64,000 nt of DNA from Cyanobacteriota bacterium (GCA_046045965.1 JBJOKS010000002.1:96001-160000); one strand, 5' to 3'; numbered from the stretch's first letter, positions 41,402-51,650 are shown. Made by a program: numbers and translations. Notes: a model not told the origin generated them from the letters alone.

Positions 41402-41437
41402 GCGATTGCGCTCTAGCGCAGTGCCATAGGCAATCGC
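41402..41437. repeat. SDR5-like short dispersed repeat inserted in a HIP1 site
   Basis: GCGAT-TGCGCTCTAGCGCAGTGCCATAGGCA-ATCGC; two inner hairpins. Confidence 0.7.
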
Positions 41438-41583
41438 TCTCTAAAATCCAACAGGCTTGGTCTAACTTTTCAACTTCAAAACATTAAAACAAAAGATTTG
41501 CTGCATTAAAAGTACCTGTGATAGACGTAAAGTTGATTTCCAGATCACCTTTTTTAATTTTTAATTGATTTCTCCCTATGCTC

Positions 41584-42252
41584 CTATTCCGTAATTAAAC
41601 TAGGACAAGTCAGTACGAAAACATCCCTAGTTCCCGGTGCTAGATTTTGGGATTTAATGGGAGTTGTAAAGTGAAAGAAATCATGATCGTTGACCACAAT
41701 TAGTTCTCCTGGTTGCAGGATTTTGTTAAAAACTGGTTTCTGTTTTTTAGCAGTATATAAATGTGTTTCTCCACCTTGAATATTGTCTCTACCAACAGAA
41801 AAGATGGCTATAAAATCAGTTCCATCTTGATGAATACCTTCAGGGGCGGGATTTCCTAAATGACCTGGTGAACAAGTAGTTCTAATTTGATGAATACCAA
41901 TTTCTGCTTCTGGATGCAGTTTACAAGAATCAATAAATGCTAATACCAAATTCTTGAAAATCTCCAGTTCTACAAGTTCATCTTCTAATTCTGCAAACTC
42001 TCTTTTGATATCACCCAATAAAGGGTTATATTCTTGGCTTTGGAATAAATGTCCATGGGGGAGTTTAATCAACTTATTCTCAGAAACTATTACCCTTGAT
42101 AACCTTCTTGAACGATATTTACCCTTAATGTAAGGATCAATAGGTAAGTTCTGAAAAAATGGCTGGAAACCTTCACTATTAATCGAATTTACTTTTCTGA
42201 GGGTAAACAAAAAAGCATATTCTAACTTTGTCGCTGACGAAACTTGTTGCAT
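41584..42252 (-). CDS. 2OG-Fe(II) dioxygenase family protein
   Basis: PEGIHQDG (HxD), distal His (FFHFT) and RDV. Confidence 0.85.
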   Translation of the reverse strand: MQQVSSATKLEYAFLFTLRKVNSINSEGFQPFFQNLPIDPYIKGKYRSRRLSRVIVSENKLIKLPHGHLFQSQEYNPLLGDIKREFAELEDELVELEIFKNLVLAFIDSCKLHPEAEIGIHQIRTTCSPGHLGNPAPEGIHQDGTDFIAIFSVGRDNIQGGETHLYTAKKQKPVFNKILQPGELIVVNDHDFFHFTTPIKSQNLAPGTRDVFVLTCPSLITE

Positions 42253-42317
42253 AGGATTGTTCTCCTTGCATTTTCAAATACTCCCAAATTTTTTAACGTG
42301 GGAGGTCTGTAATATCT

Positions 42318-42358
42318 ATTATACGCAATTATTCACCAACTGTGGTAAATTTGACTAC
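42318..42358 (-). promoter_or_regulatory. NtcA-activated class II promoter
   Basis: Minus strand GTAGTCAAATTTAC-N21-TATAAT, about 65 nt upstream of the dioxygenase ATG. Confidence 0.7.
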
Positions 42359-42408
42359 AAAAATTGTTAAGCTGGGTTATTTAATCAGACCTATAGCTAC
42401 TCGCTTTC

Positions 42409-43554
42409 CTATTCCTTATTCCCTATTCCCTGATTCTCTATTCCCTTTTTTTGATAGCTATGAAGATGAGCTAATGTAATCAGGTTATCTAATGAAATGG
42501 TCGTATTGGTATGATAAGACTGGATACCAATATTTACAGCTAGGGGAAACGGTAACTGTTGAGTCTGATTGAATTGGTCGATATTGGTTTCCACTCGGTT
42601 TTGTATCACTTCACAAGTAGAATCATATCCCTGGATTAGCACTGCAAACTCATCTTCCCCAATTCTTCCTAATGTGTCAGAAGTGCGGAAACTTCGTTTG
42701 AGCAATCTTGCAACTGCAACGATAGCATCTTCGCCGAGTTCATGACCAAAGGTTTCCTGAATTTGTTCGAGTCCATTCACTTCAATGAACATCAAATTAG
42801 TGTAAATTTGCGCTTGCGTGGAGCGCACTGCTGTAGGTAATCGCTTGGCTAATCTTAGCTGTTGTTCAGCCAACAGGAAAAAGCCACGTCGATTATGTAG
42901 TTTAGTGAGTTCGTCTGTGAGTGAGAGTCGTCGGACTTCCGCTTCCATCGCTTTGCGTTCTTGTCTTTCTTTTTGCAGAAGAGTATTCGCGGTTTCTAGG
43001 GCGGTTGTGCGATCGCGCAATTGTCTTTCTAGTTGAGAATATGTCTGTACATTCTCCATAGCCACCGCTGTACTATCTGCTAGTAATTGCAGCAATTTTA
43101 CCTCTTCTGTAGTCGCTTGATGCTGCTGTAACCAATAAGTGCCAATTGCACCAATCGGTTCATCGGTACTGATGGGAACCATAGCCATACTTTTGACAAA
43201 TGTATCTTTATCAATAGTCCTGGAAGTTCTTTGATCTTTAGATACGTCTTCTATAATTGTCGGCTCACGGTTCAGCATTACCCAACCGCCGATACAGGTA
43301 TTGATCGGAAATCGCTGACCTTTCCACAGGGGAGCTATAGCATTCTCATCAACGTAGTAGGAAAAGCCATTATCTAATAGTACAAACGTCGCTCCATCAG
43401 AATTGGTTAGTTCGCGGACTGCTACTAGCACAATTTTCGTAATCTCTTCTAAGGTGTGTGCCAAGCATAAGTTTTGAACTACTTTTAACAACTTCTCTAG
43501 TGACTGGAAATAATACTCAGTACCAACCGTTGGAGATTCAATTTTGATGTACAT
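42409..43554 (-). CDS. GAF plus degenerate GGDEF protein
   Basis: GAF, coiled coil, SLTDELTKLHNRR, RTSD I-site, GEDEF A-site. Confidence 0.88.
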   Translation of the reverse strand: MYIKIESPTVGTEYYFQSLEKLLKVVQNLCLAHTLEEITKIVLVAVRELTNSDGATFVLLDNGFSYYVDENAIAPLWKGQRFPINTCIGGWVMLNREPTIIEDVSKDQRTSRTIDKDTFVKSMAMVPISTDEPIGAIGTYWLQQHQATTEEVKLLQLLADSTAVAMENVQTYSQLERQLRDRTTALETANTLLQKERQERKAMEAEVRRLSLTDELTKLHNRRGFFLLAEQQLRLAKRLPTAVRSTQAQIYTNLMFIEVNGLEQIQETFGHELGEDAIVAVARLLKRSFRTSDTLGRIGEDEFAVLIQGYDSTCEVIQNRVETNIDQFNQTQQLPFPLAVNIGIQSYHTNTTISLDNLITLAHLHSYQKKGIENQGIGNKE

Positions 43555-43699
43555 AAAATTTTTGCCCCCTGTGTTTTACACTATATAATTGCTGCTCTGT
43601 GAGCTACGATATCAAAATATTTACAGAAATGTAATCTTCTTCGTAACCACTTTTATCGTATATTTACTAAGTATTCAAATTCATAATTTACATATCATA

Positions 43700-44425
43700 A
43701 TGACTGATTGGCTTTATCAATACCCTAAATTATACCCTGGGATTTTACTTAAACGCTACAAGCGTTTTTTTGCTGATGTTCAACTTGTCTCTGGGGAAAT
43801 TGTCACAGCACACTGCCCTAATACCGGACCAATGACGGGAGTTTCCACAGTAGGTAGTGCTGTACAGTTGTCTCAAAGTGATAATCCTCAGCGAAAATTA
43901 GCTTATACTTTGGAGTTAATTCAAGTAAATGAACCAGAAACGACTTGGGTAGGCGTAAATACCGCTTTACCTAACCGAGTAGTGAAACTAGCTTTAGAAA
44001 AACATCTTTTCCCTGAATTAAGTGAATATACAGCAATTAAGGGAGAAGTAGTTTATGGCAAAGATCAAAAAAGCCGGGTAGATTTTTACTTAACAGGAAA
44101 CGATGAACAACGACCGATTTATTTAGAAGTTAAAAATACTACTTGGACTCAAGGTAATTTAGCACTTTTTCCCGACACGGAAACCACCAGAGGACAAAAA
44201 CATTTGCGGGAATTAATGGAAGTTTTACCCCAAAGCCGTGCGGTAATGTTGTATTTTATTAATCGTGGTGATTGTCCAGAGTTTGCCCCTGGTGACACTA
44301 AAGATCCTCTATATGGTAAGTTGTTACGACAAGCGATCGCTCTCGGTTTAGAAATCTTACCCTGTCGTTTTGATATTTCCCCAGCAGGTATCCGTTATTT
44401 GGGTTTAGCAAAACTGAAAATTTAA
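43700..44425 (+). CDS. sfsA: DNA/RNA nuclease SfsA
   Basis: KRYKRFFAD, HCPNTG, SRVDF, EVKN, FPD..TTRGQKH; start reassigned to MTDW at 43700. Confidence 0.93.
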   Translation: MTDWLYQYPKLYPGILLKRYKRFFADVQLVSGEIVTAHCPNTGPMTGVSTVGSAVQLSQSDNPQRKLAYTLELIQVNEPETTWVGVNTALPNRVVKLALEKHLFPELSEYTAIKGEVVYGKDQKSRVDFYLTGNDEQRPIYLEVKNTTWTQGNLALFPDTETTRGQKHLRELMEVLPQSRAVMLYFINRGDCPEFAPGDTKDPLYGKLLRQAIALGLEILPCRFDISPAGIRYLGLAKLKI

Positions 44426-44441
44426 TAATTTTATCAACATA

Positions 44442-44924
44442 ATGATAATTGTGATCATGGGTGTTTCAGGTTCTGGTAAAACCACTATCGGTCAACTTTT
44501 AGCAGCATCACTGAACTGGGAATTTATCGACGCTGACAGTTTTCACCCACAAGCAAACATTGCCAAAATGCAGCTTGGTATTCCCCTCAGTGATGCGGAT
44601 AGAATACCTTGGTTACAAGATTTACAAAGCTATATCAAAAGTTGGTTGCAAGAAAATAAAAATGTAGTTTTAGCCTGTTCTGCACTTAAAGCTAGTTATC
44701 GGCAAATATTGATCATTGATAACCGTGTTCAACTGGTTTATGCACAAGGTTCTTATGATGTCATTCACGAACGACTCAGAAGGCGGCAAAATCACTTTAT
44801 GAGTGAAAAACTCCTCAAAAGCCAGTTTAATGACCTTGAGGAGCCGGATAACGCTATTTACATTGATGTTTCCCTATCGGCTGAAGTGAGTGTTGCTCAA
44901 ATTAGAAGGGTTTTAGGGGTTTAG
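44442..44924 (+). CDS. gntK: Gluconokinase
   Basis: MGVSGSGKT, DADSFHP, LACSALK. Confidence 0.9.
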   Translation: MIIVIMGVSGSGKTTIGQLLAASLNWEFIDADSFHPQANIAKMQLGIPLSDADRIPWLQDLQSYIKSWLQENKNVVLACSALKASYRQILIIDNRVQLVYAQGSYDVIHERLRRRQNHFMSEKLLKSQFNDLEEPDNAIYIDVSLSAEVSVAQIRRVLGV

Positions 44925-44936
44925 CTGATTTGATGG

Positions 44937-45023
44937 GATGAGGTACACACGGGCGGGCAGGATGCCCACCCCACAAGAGTTATAATATTAAGATGCGTAC
45001 TTCATTTATTTACAAAATGCTGT
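44937..45023. mobile_element. Degenerate MITE carrying a GGCGGGCAGGATGCCCACC hairpin
   Basis: ATGAGGTAC...GTACTTCAT inverted repeat around the hairpin, ending in TGCTGTA. Confidence 0.5.
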
Positions 45024-45062
45024 ATATCTCATATTCCCCTGGTTGCGGTGTTAGTTAAATCA

Positions 45063-46040
45063 TTAAAGTTGATGATCAGCCAGAAAAGCATCAACTTCTT
45101 GGGCAGTGGGTTGAGATGCGATCGCACCAGGTTTAATGGTAGTCAACGCTCCTACAGCACTAGCATAGGTAACAACTCGTTTAGCAGTTTCTCCATCCCG
45201 TAAACTTTGAATACCCGACTTACTCAACTGATGGATAAACCCAGCCAAAAAGCTATCTCCCGCACCAGTGGTATCGACAACAGGGATGGAAAACGCTGGT
45301 AATTTACCTTCGTTCTCACCTAAACAATAGGAACAACCATTTTCACCATCTGTTACTAAAACCCCTTCCAATGAATTCAGTCGGTAAGTAATTGCTCCAG
45401 GGTCTTTAGTATCAAATAGCCATTCAGCTTCTTCTTTAGTCAGTTTGAGAAAATCGAACCGCTTTAATAATGCTAGAATTTTCGACTTGGCTGTATTCTC
45501 ATCTTGCCAAAATACTGGTCGCCAATTTACATCTAAGATAATTTTCAGGTCATATTGTTCTGCTAACTCTAAGGCTCGCAAAACTGCTTGCTCACTTTCA
45601 GGATAGGCTAGTTCTAAAGTTCCTACTACCAAAAAGTTTGCTTCATCAAATATCCCAGGTGGTAATTTTTTGGCTTGTAACCGGGTATCGGCAAACTCGC
45701 TAGTATCATATTTACCAAAACCTGCAAAAGAGCGATCGCCCGCTAAATCCCTGACTACATAAACCTGTCGCGTTGGTGCTGTGGGATGACGTTGCACACC
45801 CGTTGTATCTACACCTACATTTTGTAATAACTTCACCAGTGTATTACCGGGTTCATCTTCACCTACTGCACCAATAAAACCTGCTGGGGTTCCCAGTTTG
45901 ACTAAAGCACAAGCAACATTAGCTGGCGCTCCCCCTGGGTAGGGAGTCCAAGACTTGACTTCTGACAGCTTTAGCCCGATTTGATCAGCTAAACAATCAA
46001 ACAAAACTTCGCCAAGGCACAAAACATGGGGATTACTCAT
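45063..46040 (-). CDS. PfkB family carbohydrate kinase (fructokinase-like)
   Basis: GGAPANVA, DVNWR, DTTGAGDSF. Confidence 0.92.
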   Translation of the reverse strand: MSNPHVLCLGEVLFDCLADQIGLKLSEVKSWTPYPGGAPANVACALVKLGTPAGFIGAVGEDEPGNTLVKLLQNVGVDTTGVQRHPTAPTRQVYVVRDLAGDRSFAGFGKYDTSEFADTRLQAKKLPPGIFDEANFLVVGTLELAYPESEQAVLRALELAEQYDLKIILDVNWRPVFWQDENTAKSKILALLKRFDFLKLTKEEAEWLFDTKDPGAITYRLNSLEGVLVTDGENGCSYCLGENEGKLPAFSIPVVDTTGAGDSFLAGFIHQLSKSGIQSLRDGETAKRVVTYASAVGALTTIKPGAIASQPTAQEVDAFLADHQL

Positions 46041-46221
46041 TTTCGATTTACGTCTTGGGATTAGGAATCTTGGGAATCTGTATAAAATCTACAACAATCT
46101 TTATTCCTCTGTCTTCACTTATTCATAGAATACAATAGCAGATTTTGTCACTAAATATAGTGCATAATGCTATTAAATTCCAAAATTTATAACTTCAGTA
46201 GCTAAGAGAGATTTTATAAAA

Positions 46222-46243
46222 AATAGTAATATTTATTACTATT
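46222..46243. promoter_or_regulatory. Palindromic operator candidate containing GTA-N8-TAC
   Basis: AATAGTAAT-ATTT-ATTACTATT between divergent pfkB and pedR. Confidence 0.4.
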
Positions 46244-46395
46244 ATCTTGCTCAAGTCAACTCAGTTCCAAATTAAATCTAAATTAAATCTTGACTTTGGT
46301 ATTAAGAGGAACATTTACAACGTCTACCTCTGAGAGAATCTTTTAGAATTAGAAAGAGTGATTGAGTACATATACCAAGGGAGAATAAATAAGTC

Positions 46396-46671
46396 ATGGC
46401 TGCTAGTGAGTCTGGGACCCCTGTTAGTCTGTCAGACAGAGAACTGCAAATTATCGACTTAGTGGCCGCTGGCTTAACTAACCAAGAAATTGCAGGAAAA
46501 CTGGAGATTAGCAAACGTACAGTTGATAACCATATCAGCAACATCCTCACCAAAACTAAAACTGACAACCGAGTCGCTTTGGTTCGCTGGGCTTTACAAT
46601 GGGGTAAAGTATGCTTAAACGATGTTAATTGCTGCACTCTGCCTAACTACAACGATGCAGATGTTGGTTAG
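46396..46671 (+). CDS. pedR: Redox-responsive small LuxR-type regulator
   Basis: Stand-alone LuxR HTH with C-terminal VCLNDVNCC three-Cys tail. Confidence 0.85.
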   Translation: MAASESGTPVSLSDRELQIIDLVAAGLTNQEIAGKLEISKRTVDNHISNILTKTKTDNRVALVRWALQWGKVCLNDVNCCTLPNYNDADVG

Positions 46672-47058
46672 TTGATTGCTATTAATCACTTCTACGATGC
46701 TGAAAAGTTAATTCTGAGGTTTACCGGTTGTTCTCCTCCTCACTTCTATTTTTCAGTGTGAACCTCAACCATCAGTTCTGAAATTTTCACTCAGCACCAG
46801 TTGAAGCTCAGGAATCAGTCGATTTTTGAAGTCGGAACTTACATATCAGAATTCTTCATTCTTCTTGCGATTTAGCTTAAGCAGACTACCGAAGAAAGAT
46901 CAAGGAATCTCTTGACTTCCTATAGAAGTCGGGGAAAAGATAAGGGGAAAAGAGCGTAATTTTATTTACCCTTTACCCTTTACCTTTAGTGACATCGATC
47001 ATTTGGAAAAGTTGTAGACTGAAAAGGAACCTATTTTGCTTTCTCAGCTTGGGGGAAA

Positions 47059-47712
47059 ATGAATACTCCTGCTTCTTTTCCAGATCACTCATCTCCCTTT
47101 AACTTTTTTAACCTCGACTTGATAGCGCCATCACCGCATCAAGATACAGATTTACTCCAACAGCTATCTTTTGTCCCCGGTTTGCAAGAAATTCTTATGT
47201 TGCGTCAGGTTCACGCCCTAGAACACGCTACTGTTTGGGTTCTGGGTGAAACTCAAAGTGTTTATTCCTCTCCTCAAAAGCCTACTAATGTCCAGTTCGA
47301 TAACGAGTCATTAAGCGGTTTATCCACAGAACAAGGCTTTTATCTTTATGGTGAGGTGAATATTAGTCATTTGCGGCGTGCGGTAACACTGGCCCAGCAT
47401 CGTCTCACTAACGGAGAATGGGATTTAGCTGTCCATCCTCGTTGTGGTACAAATTTATCTGTGGCAATGTTATTAACTGCTGGACTTGCTGTAGGTGTCT
47501 ATGTAATGTTACCATTTCGACCAGTTGAGCAAATAATAGGTTTAGGATTAGCAGCAACTACGGCCTCTGAACTTGCACCAGATTTAGGAGCGATCGCTCA
47601 ACGTTATTTAACAACAGCTATCCCCTTTAACCTCACAATTGAAAATATCATTCGTACACGGGACACTTGGGGTAAGGAGGCACATTTTGTTAGGGTAAAA
47701 TGGCGGGAATAA
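47059..47712 (+). CDS. DUF6391-like membrane protein
   Basis: HALEHAT and LAVHPRCGTN motifs, two TMs. Confidence 0.7.
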   Translation: MNTPASFPDHSSPFNFFNLDLIAPSPHQDTDLLQQLSFVPGLQEILMLRQVHALEHATVWVLGETQSVYSSPQKPTNVQFDNESLSGLSTEQGFYLYGEVNISHLRRAVTLAQHRLTNGEWDLAVHPRCGTNLSVAMLLTAGLAVGVYVMLPFRPVEQIIGLGLAATTASELAPDLGAIAQRYLTTAIPFNLTIENIIRTRDTWGKEAHFVRVKWRE

Positions 47713-47762
47713 TTCATAATTCATAATTTATAATTCATAATTCATAATTCATAATTCATAAT
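47709..47762. repeat. (TTCATAA)n heptamer array
   Basis: Tandem heptamers fill the intergenic gap. Confidence 0.85.
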
Positions 47763-47763
47763 C

Positions 47764-48759
47764 ATGAGAAAGCTTTACTTTTTACTGCCAGGAACAGACG
47801 GAAAATTTGCCTGTGGTGGTTTATGGGCAGAATTAAAAACATTTAATTTAGCTCAAAATATTTGTAGTGCGGAAGTTGTCACTTATCGACAGAAAGAAAA
47901 AAATAAACTTTTTCTTGATGACTTATTACAAAATGAAAATCATGAAAATTTAGATAATGTAATATTTGTTATTAGTTGGGGATTTGATATTGCTAAACTT
48001 GCGCCTAAACTGCAAAAATACAATCTCGTTTATCATGCTCATAGTGCAGGTTATAAATTTAGTCTTCCCTCTAGTATTCCTATTATTACAGTCAGCCGCA
48101 ACACAATGGGATATTGGGGACAAAAATCACCCAATAATTTAATTTATTATTTACCTAATCAAATCGCTGATGAATTTACAAACTTACAGTTAAACAGAGA
48201 TATTGATGTTTTAGTTCAAGCACGAAAATCTTCTGAATATTTAATCAAAGCATTAATTCCTGCATTGCAAAAACATTGTAAAGTCTTTGTTGTTGATTCT
48301 TATATCGAAGATTTACCAGGTTTATTCAACCGAGCTAAAATCTACCTCTATGACTCTGCTGAATATTGGGCGTTACAGGGAGTAAGTGAAGGTTTTGGTT
48401 TACAACCAATGGAAGCTCTCGCTTGTGGTTGTCAGGTTTTTTCCAGCGTTAATGGCGGACTTTCTGATTATTTAGATCCGGGATTTAATTGCTGTAAAAT
48501 AGCTGGTTATTCTCTAGAATATGATATACAACGTATTCTCAAAACTCTAGAATCTCCCGTTTCTTTAAATTTACTACCAGAGATTTTAACAGAGTACAGA
48601 ACTGATAACATTATTAAACGATTTACAGTAATTTTATCAGAAATAAATACTTTCTTTGACCACAAAAACCATTACTCAGCTAATATTCAAGATTTAACCC
48701 AATTGCGTCTAATAAAACTCTTTATACAGAGAGTATACAAAAAACTGAAACAGAATTAA
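47764..48759 (+). CDS. Glycosyltransferase family 4
   Basis: SEGFGLQPMEALACG. Confidence 0.85.
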   Translation: MRKLYFLLPGTDGKFACGGLWAELKTFNLAQNICSAEVVTYRQKEKNKLFLDDLLQNENHENLDNVIFVISWGFDIAKLAPKLQKYNLVYHAHSAGYKFSLPSSIPIITVSRNTMGYWGQKSPNNLIYYLPNQIADEFTNLQLNRDIDVLVQARKSSEYLIKALIPALQKHCKVFVVDSYIEDLPGLFNRAKIYLYDSAEYWALQGVSEGFGLQPMEALACGCQVFSSVNGGLSDYLDPGFNCCKIAGYSLEYDIQRILKTLESPVSLNLLPEILTEYRTDNIIKRFTVILSEINTFFDHKNHYSANIQDLTQLRLIKLFIQRVYKKLKQN

Positions 48760-49266
48760 GAATTGTCTGGAACTTGCAAAGGTATTTGAGCTTTAATGCG
48801 AAAAATTATAATTTAAAGCGTAGACAAATAACTAAATGCAACCGGACACTGATTTCTTGGAGAAGTCGAGGATTTGAAGACTCAAAAAGCCAATGTCAAG
48901 GTTTACTGATATAACGACCCCCGTATAGAACTGAATGTTATGATTTCCTGACAAAGTGATCCCCCAAGGGCTGATAAATACGTGAAATAGGCAAAAAACC
49001 GTCTTCATACCCCTTGATCACTAGGCATGAATACCTGTTAATATTTCTTTAACAAAAGCACGCCGCTGATCCCAAAGAAATGCTAATCATGGCAAAACTA
49101 GGAATCAGAAAGCGTGAAAATCCATTTAAAAACAAACTAAAACACTTATAAACTGGGCAAAACCAGAGTCAGGAATAAGAAACTCATCTGGGATAGATGA
49201 CATTTTATCAACCATTCTATAACCAGGGGAAGTCATTTACCCTTAAAACTACTGGAGGCCAAATTA

Positions 49267-50514
49267 ATGGCAAAAGAACGCCCACCGCTAGAGGAGATGA
49301 CATTAAGGCAACTTCGTAAAGTTGCTAGTGAGTATGGAATTTCTCGCTATAGCCGAATGCGTAAATCTCAATTACTGGCATCGATTCAAGAAGTACAACG
49401 CAACAAAGTCTCGCTTAGTCCATCTCGTTCACTGGAGGCACAGGAAACCGTGGAAGCTGCAAAGTTTGAATTAGGTCAGGAAGATCGCACTGGTGGTTCT
49501 CTCGCTGATGTTGATGAAGCATTAGCTGATTTACCAGGTGGTTATGGTGAAAGTCGCATTGTTTTGTTACCTCGTGATCCACAATGGGCTTATACATACT
49601 GGGATATTCCCAATGATCATAAAGAAGAACTGCGCCGTCAAGGTGGTCAGCAACTAGCGTTGCGGATTTATGATGTTACTGATATTAGTCTGGATCATCA
49701 AAGTCCCCACAGCATCCAGGAATATCCAGCCGATGAACTAGCCAGAGAATGGTATTTACCCATTCCTGTGAGCGATCGCGATTATGTGATAGATATCGGT
49801 TATCGTACCCCAGATGGTGGCTGGTTGGTATTGGCTCGTTCCGCTAGAGTCCACATTCCTCCTGTATATCCTTCTGACTGGATCGAAGATGTCTTCATCA
49901 CTGTAGACTTTGAAGAAGACTTGCGCGGTAAAACTAAGTATGAATTGGTTCCCCCAGCTAAGAAAATCGCCACTACTGCTGCTGGTGCAGGTGGAAACCC
50001 CATTTACGACCAAATCTTTGGTATGGCAGAATCTGCCGAAGCTCAACGGGTTGCTGGTTCTCTTTTCGGTTCTATGCAGCACGTAGCCGGTTCTGTCCGT
50101 CCAGAACAAGCTATCAGTTCCTACGTCTTCCCATCTGGTGTGGGTATGTGGGCAGTTCCTACCGTGTCTGGTTTAACCATGTCCGGTGTGGGTATGTCTG
50201 GTGTTGGTTTCTCAGCTTCTGCTGTACCAGTACGTCCCCGCAAATTCTGGTTAATTGCTGATGCTGAATTGATTGTATATGGTGCAACTGAACCAGATGC
50301 AACTGTAACTATTGGTGGTCGTCCTATTAAACTCAATTCAGATGGTACATTCCGTTTCCAAATGTCCTTCCAAGATGGTGTAATTGATTACCCAATTTTG
50401 GCTGTTGCTGCTGATGGTGAACAAACTCGTTCTATTCACATGAAGTTTGAACGGGAAACACCTTCTCGCAATACCAACACCAAGGATGAAGCTGTTCTGG
50501 AATGGCTTAAATAA
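49267..50514 (+). CDS. Rho-N plus DUF4912 domain protein
   Basis: LEEMTLRQLRKVA..YSRMRKSQL, LPRDPQWAYTYW, AELIVYGATEP. Confidence 0.88.
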   Translation: MAKERPPLEEMTLRQLRKVASEYGISRYSRMRKSQLLASIQEVQRNKVSLSPSRSLEAQETVEAAKFELGQEDRTGGSLADVDEALADLPGGYGESRIVLLPRDPQWAYTYWDIPNDHKEELRRQGGQQLALRIYDVTDISLDHQSPHSIQEYPADELAREWYLPIPVSDRDYVIDIGYRTPDGGWLVLARSARVHIPPVYPSDWIEDVFITVDFEEDLRGKTKYELVPPAKKIATTAAGAGGNPIYDQIFGMAESAEAQRVAGSLFGSMQHVAGSVRPEQAISSYVFPSGVGMWAVPTVSGLTMSGVGMSGVGFSASAVPVRPRKFWLIADAELIVYGATEPDATVTIGGRPIKLNSDGTFRFQMSFQDGVIDYPILAVAADGEQTRSIHMKFERETPSRNTNTKDEAVLEWLK

Positions 50515-50557
50515 AGTTTGAATTTTACATTACCCATAACTGCATTTTTTAATATTT

Positions 50558-50588
50558 CCCGCTATAGTTATTCTGTGGCGGGTTTTTT
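50558..50588 (+). terminator. Rho-independent terminator
   Basis: CCCGCTATAG/CTGTGGCGGG stem followed by T6. Confidence 0.8.
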
Positions 50589-50666
50589 ATGTAGGAGGCA
50601 GGAGGCAGGAGGCAGAAGGCAGGAGTAAAATATTTTTGTTGTCATAAAAATTCTTTGTAAGTCTGT

Positions 50667-51650
50667 ATGTTTATAAATAAATTGAATTTAATACCTCTCT
50701 CCAAACCTCTCTCCTACAAGGAGAGAGGCTTTGAGTTTTCTTTCTCTTTATTGATTTCCATAATTACCACAGGTTTATTATTAGGTAATCAGGATATGGT
50801 AGCGAATTCAGCCCCAAAATCAGCTGCTAATTGTCCTGGGAATAATTCACAGTTTAGTATGGAATTTTTTAAGACTAATAATAAGGGTGAAAAATATTCT
50901 AAAGGCATCAATCATGTGATTCTCTTTAATCCTAAATCCCCAAGTTTAGATTTTAAGGTGAATGTGGGTTTGGCTCATAAAATATATGCTAAAGATGGTA
51001 GGGGGAATTTTAGGAGAGAATACATTCCTAAATATTTTAGTCAATTGATAGCTGATGAAAATTCTCAGTTAAATGGTAGAAAACCTATTGCTGCTATTAA
51101 TGCAGATTATATAGATACTGTAAATAAACCCCAAGGTTTAAATATTTCTCGTGGGGTAGAATATTCTGGTGCATTTAAAAATAGACGTTCTTCTTTTGGA
51201 ATATCTGGAGGAAACCCAAGAGAACGTATAGCTACTATTGATACTGGAAGAAGAGGAGCAAATTTTCTTAATTATAATCTCGTGGGAGGTAATGGCAGAT
51301 TTTACCGTCAAGGTGTTTTTAAAGATATTTGCAAAGCTTTGGGTGAATTTGCTTGTAAAGGTGCAACTAATCGCTCTATGGTAGCAGTTACAAGTAAAGG
51401 TTATGTGATTTTGTTAGTTAATGATGTGAAAGCTAGTTCTAGTATTCAAACTTCTGCAATTAATAAAGAGTTGCTACCCAGTCAGTTTGATGATGTGTTA
51501 TCAGGTATTGCTAGAAATAATTGTTTGGGGAGAATTCAAGAAGGAATGTTGTTTGATGGGGGGATGTCTCCGGGGTTGTTTTATAATAATAAGGTTTATG
51601 TGGAAAATTTTGGTCCCATTGGTTCGGTGTTTCTGATTTATAAGAAGTGA
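50667..51650 (+). CDS. Phosphodiester glycosidase (NAGPA/DUF2233) family protein
   Basis: AAINADY, NRSMVAV, MLFDGGMS. Confidence 0.75.
   Translation: MFINKLNLIPLSKPLSYKERGFEFSFSLLISIITTGLLLGNQDMVANSAPKSAANCPGNNSQFSMEFFKTNNKGEKYSKGINHVILFNPKSPSLDFKVNVGLAHKIYAKDGRGNFRREYIPKYFSQLIADENSQLNGRKPIAAINADYIDTVNKPQGLNISRGVEYSGAFKNRRSSFGISGGNPRERIATIDTGRRGANFLNYNLVGGNGRFYRQGVFKDICKALGEFACKGATNRSMVAVTSKGYVILLVNDVKASSSIQTSAINKELLPSQFDDVLSGIARNNCLGRIQEGMLFDGGMSPGLFYNNKVYVENFGPIGSVFLIYKK

Noticed and set aside
43589..43699. N-terminal extension of SfsA in the ORF track
   Set aside because: TTG start in AT-rich divergent promoter DNA; family similarity begins at 43700.
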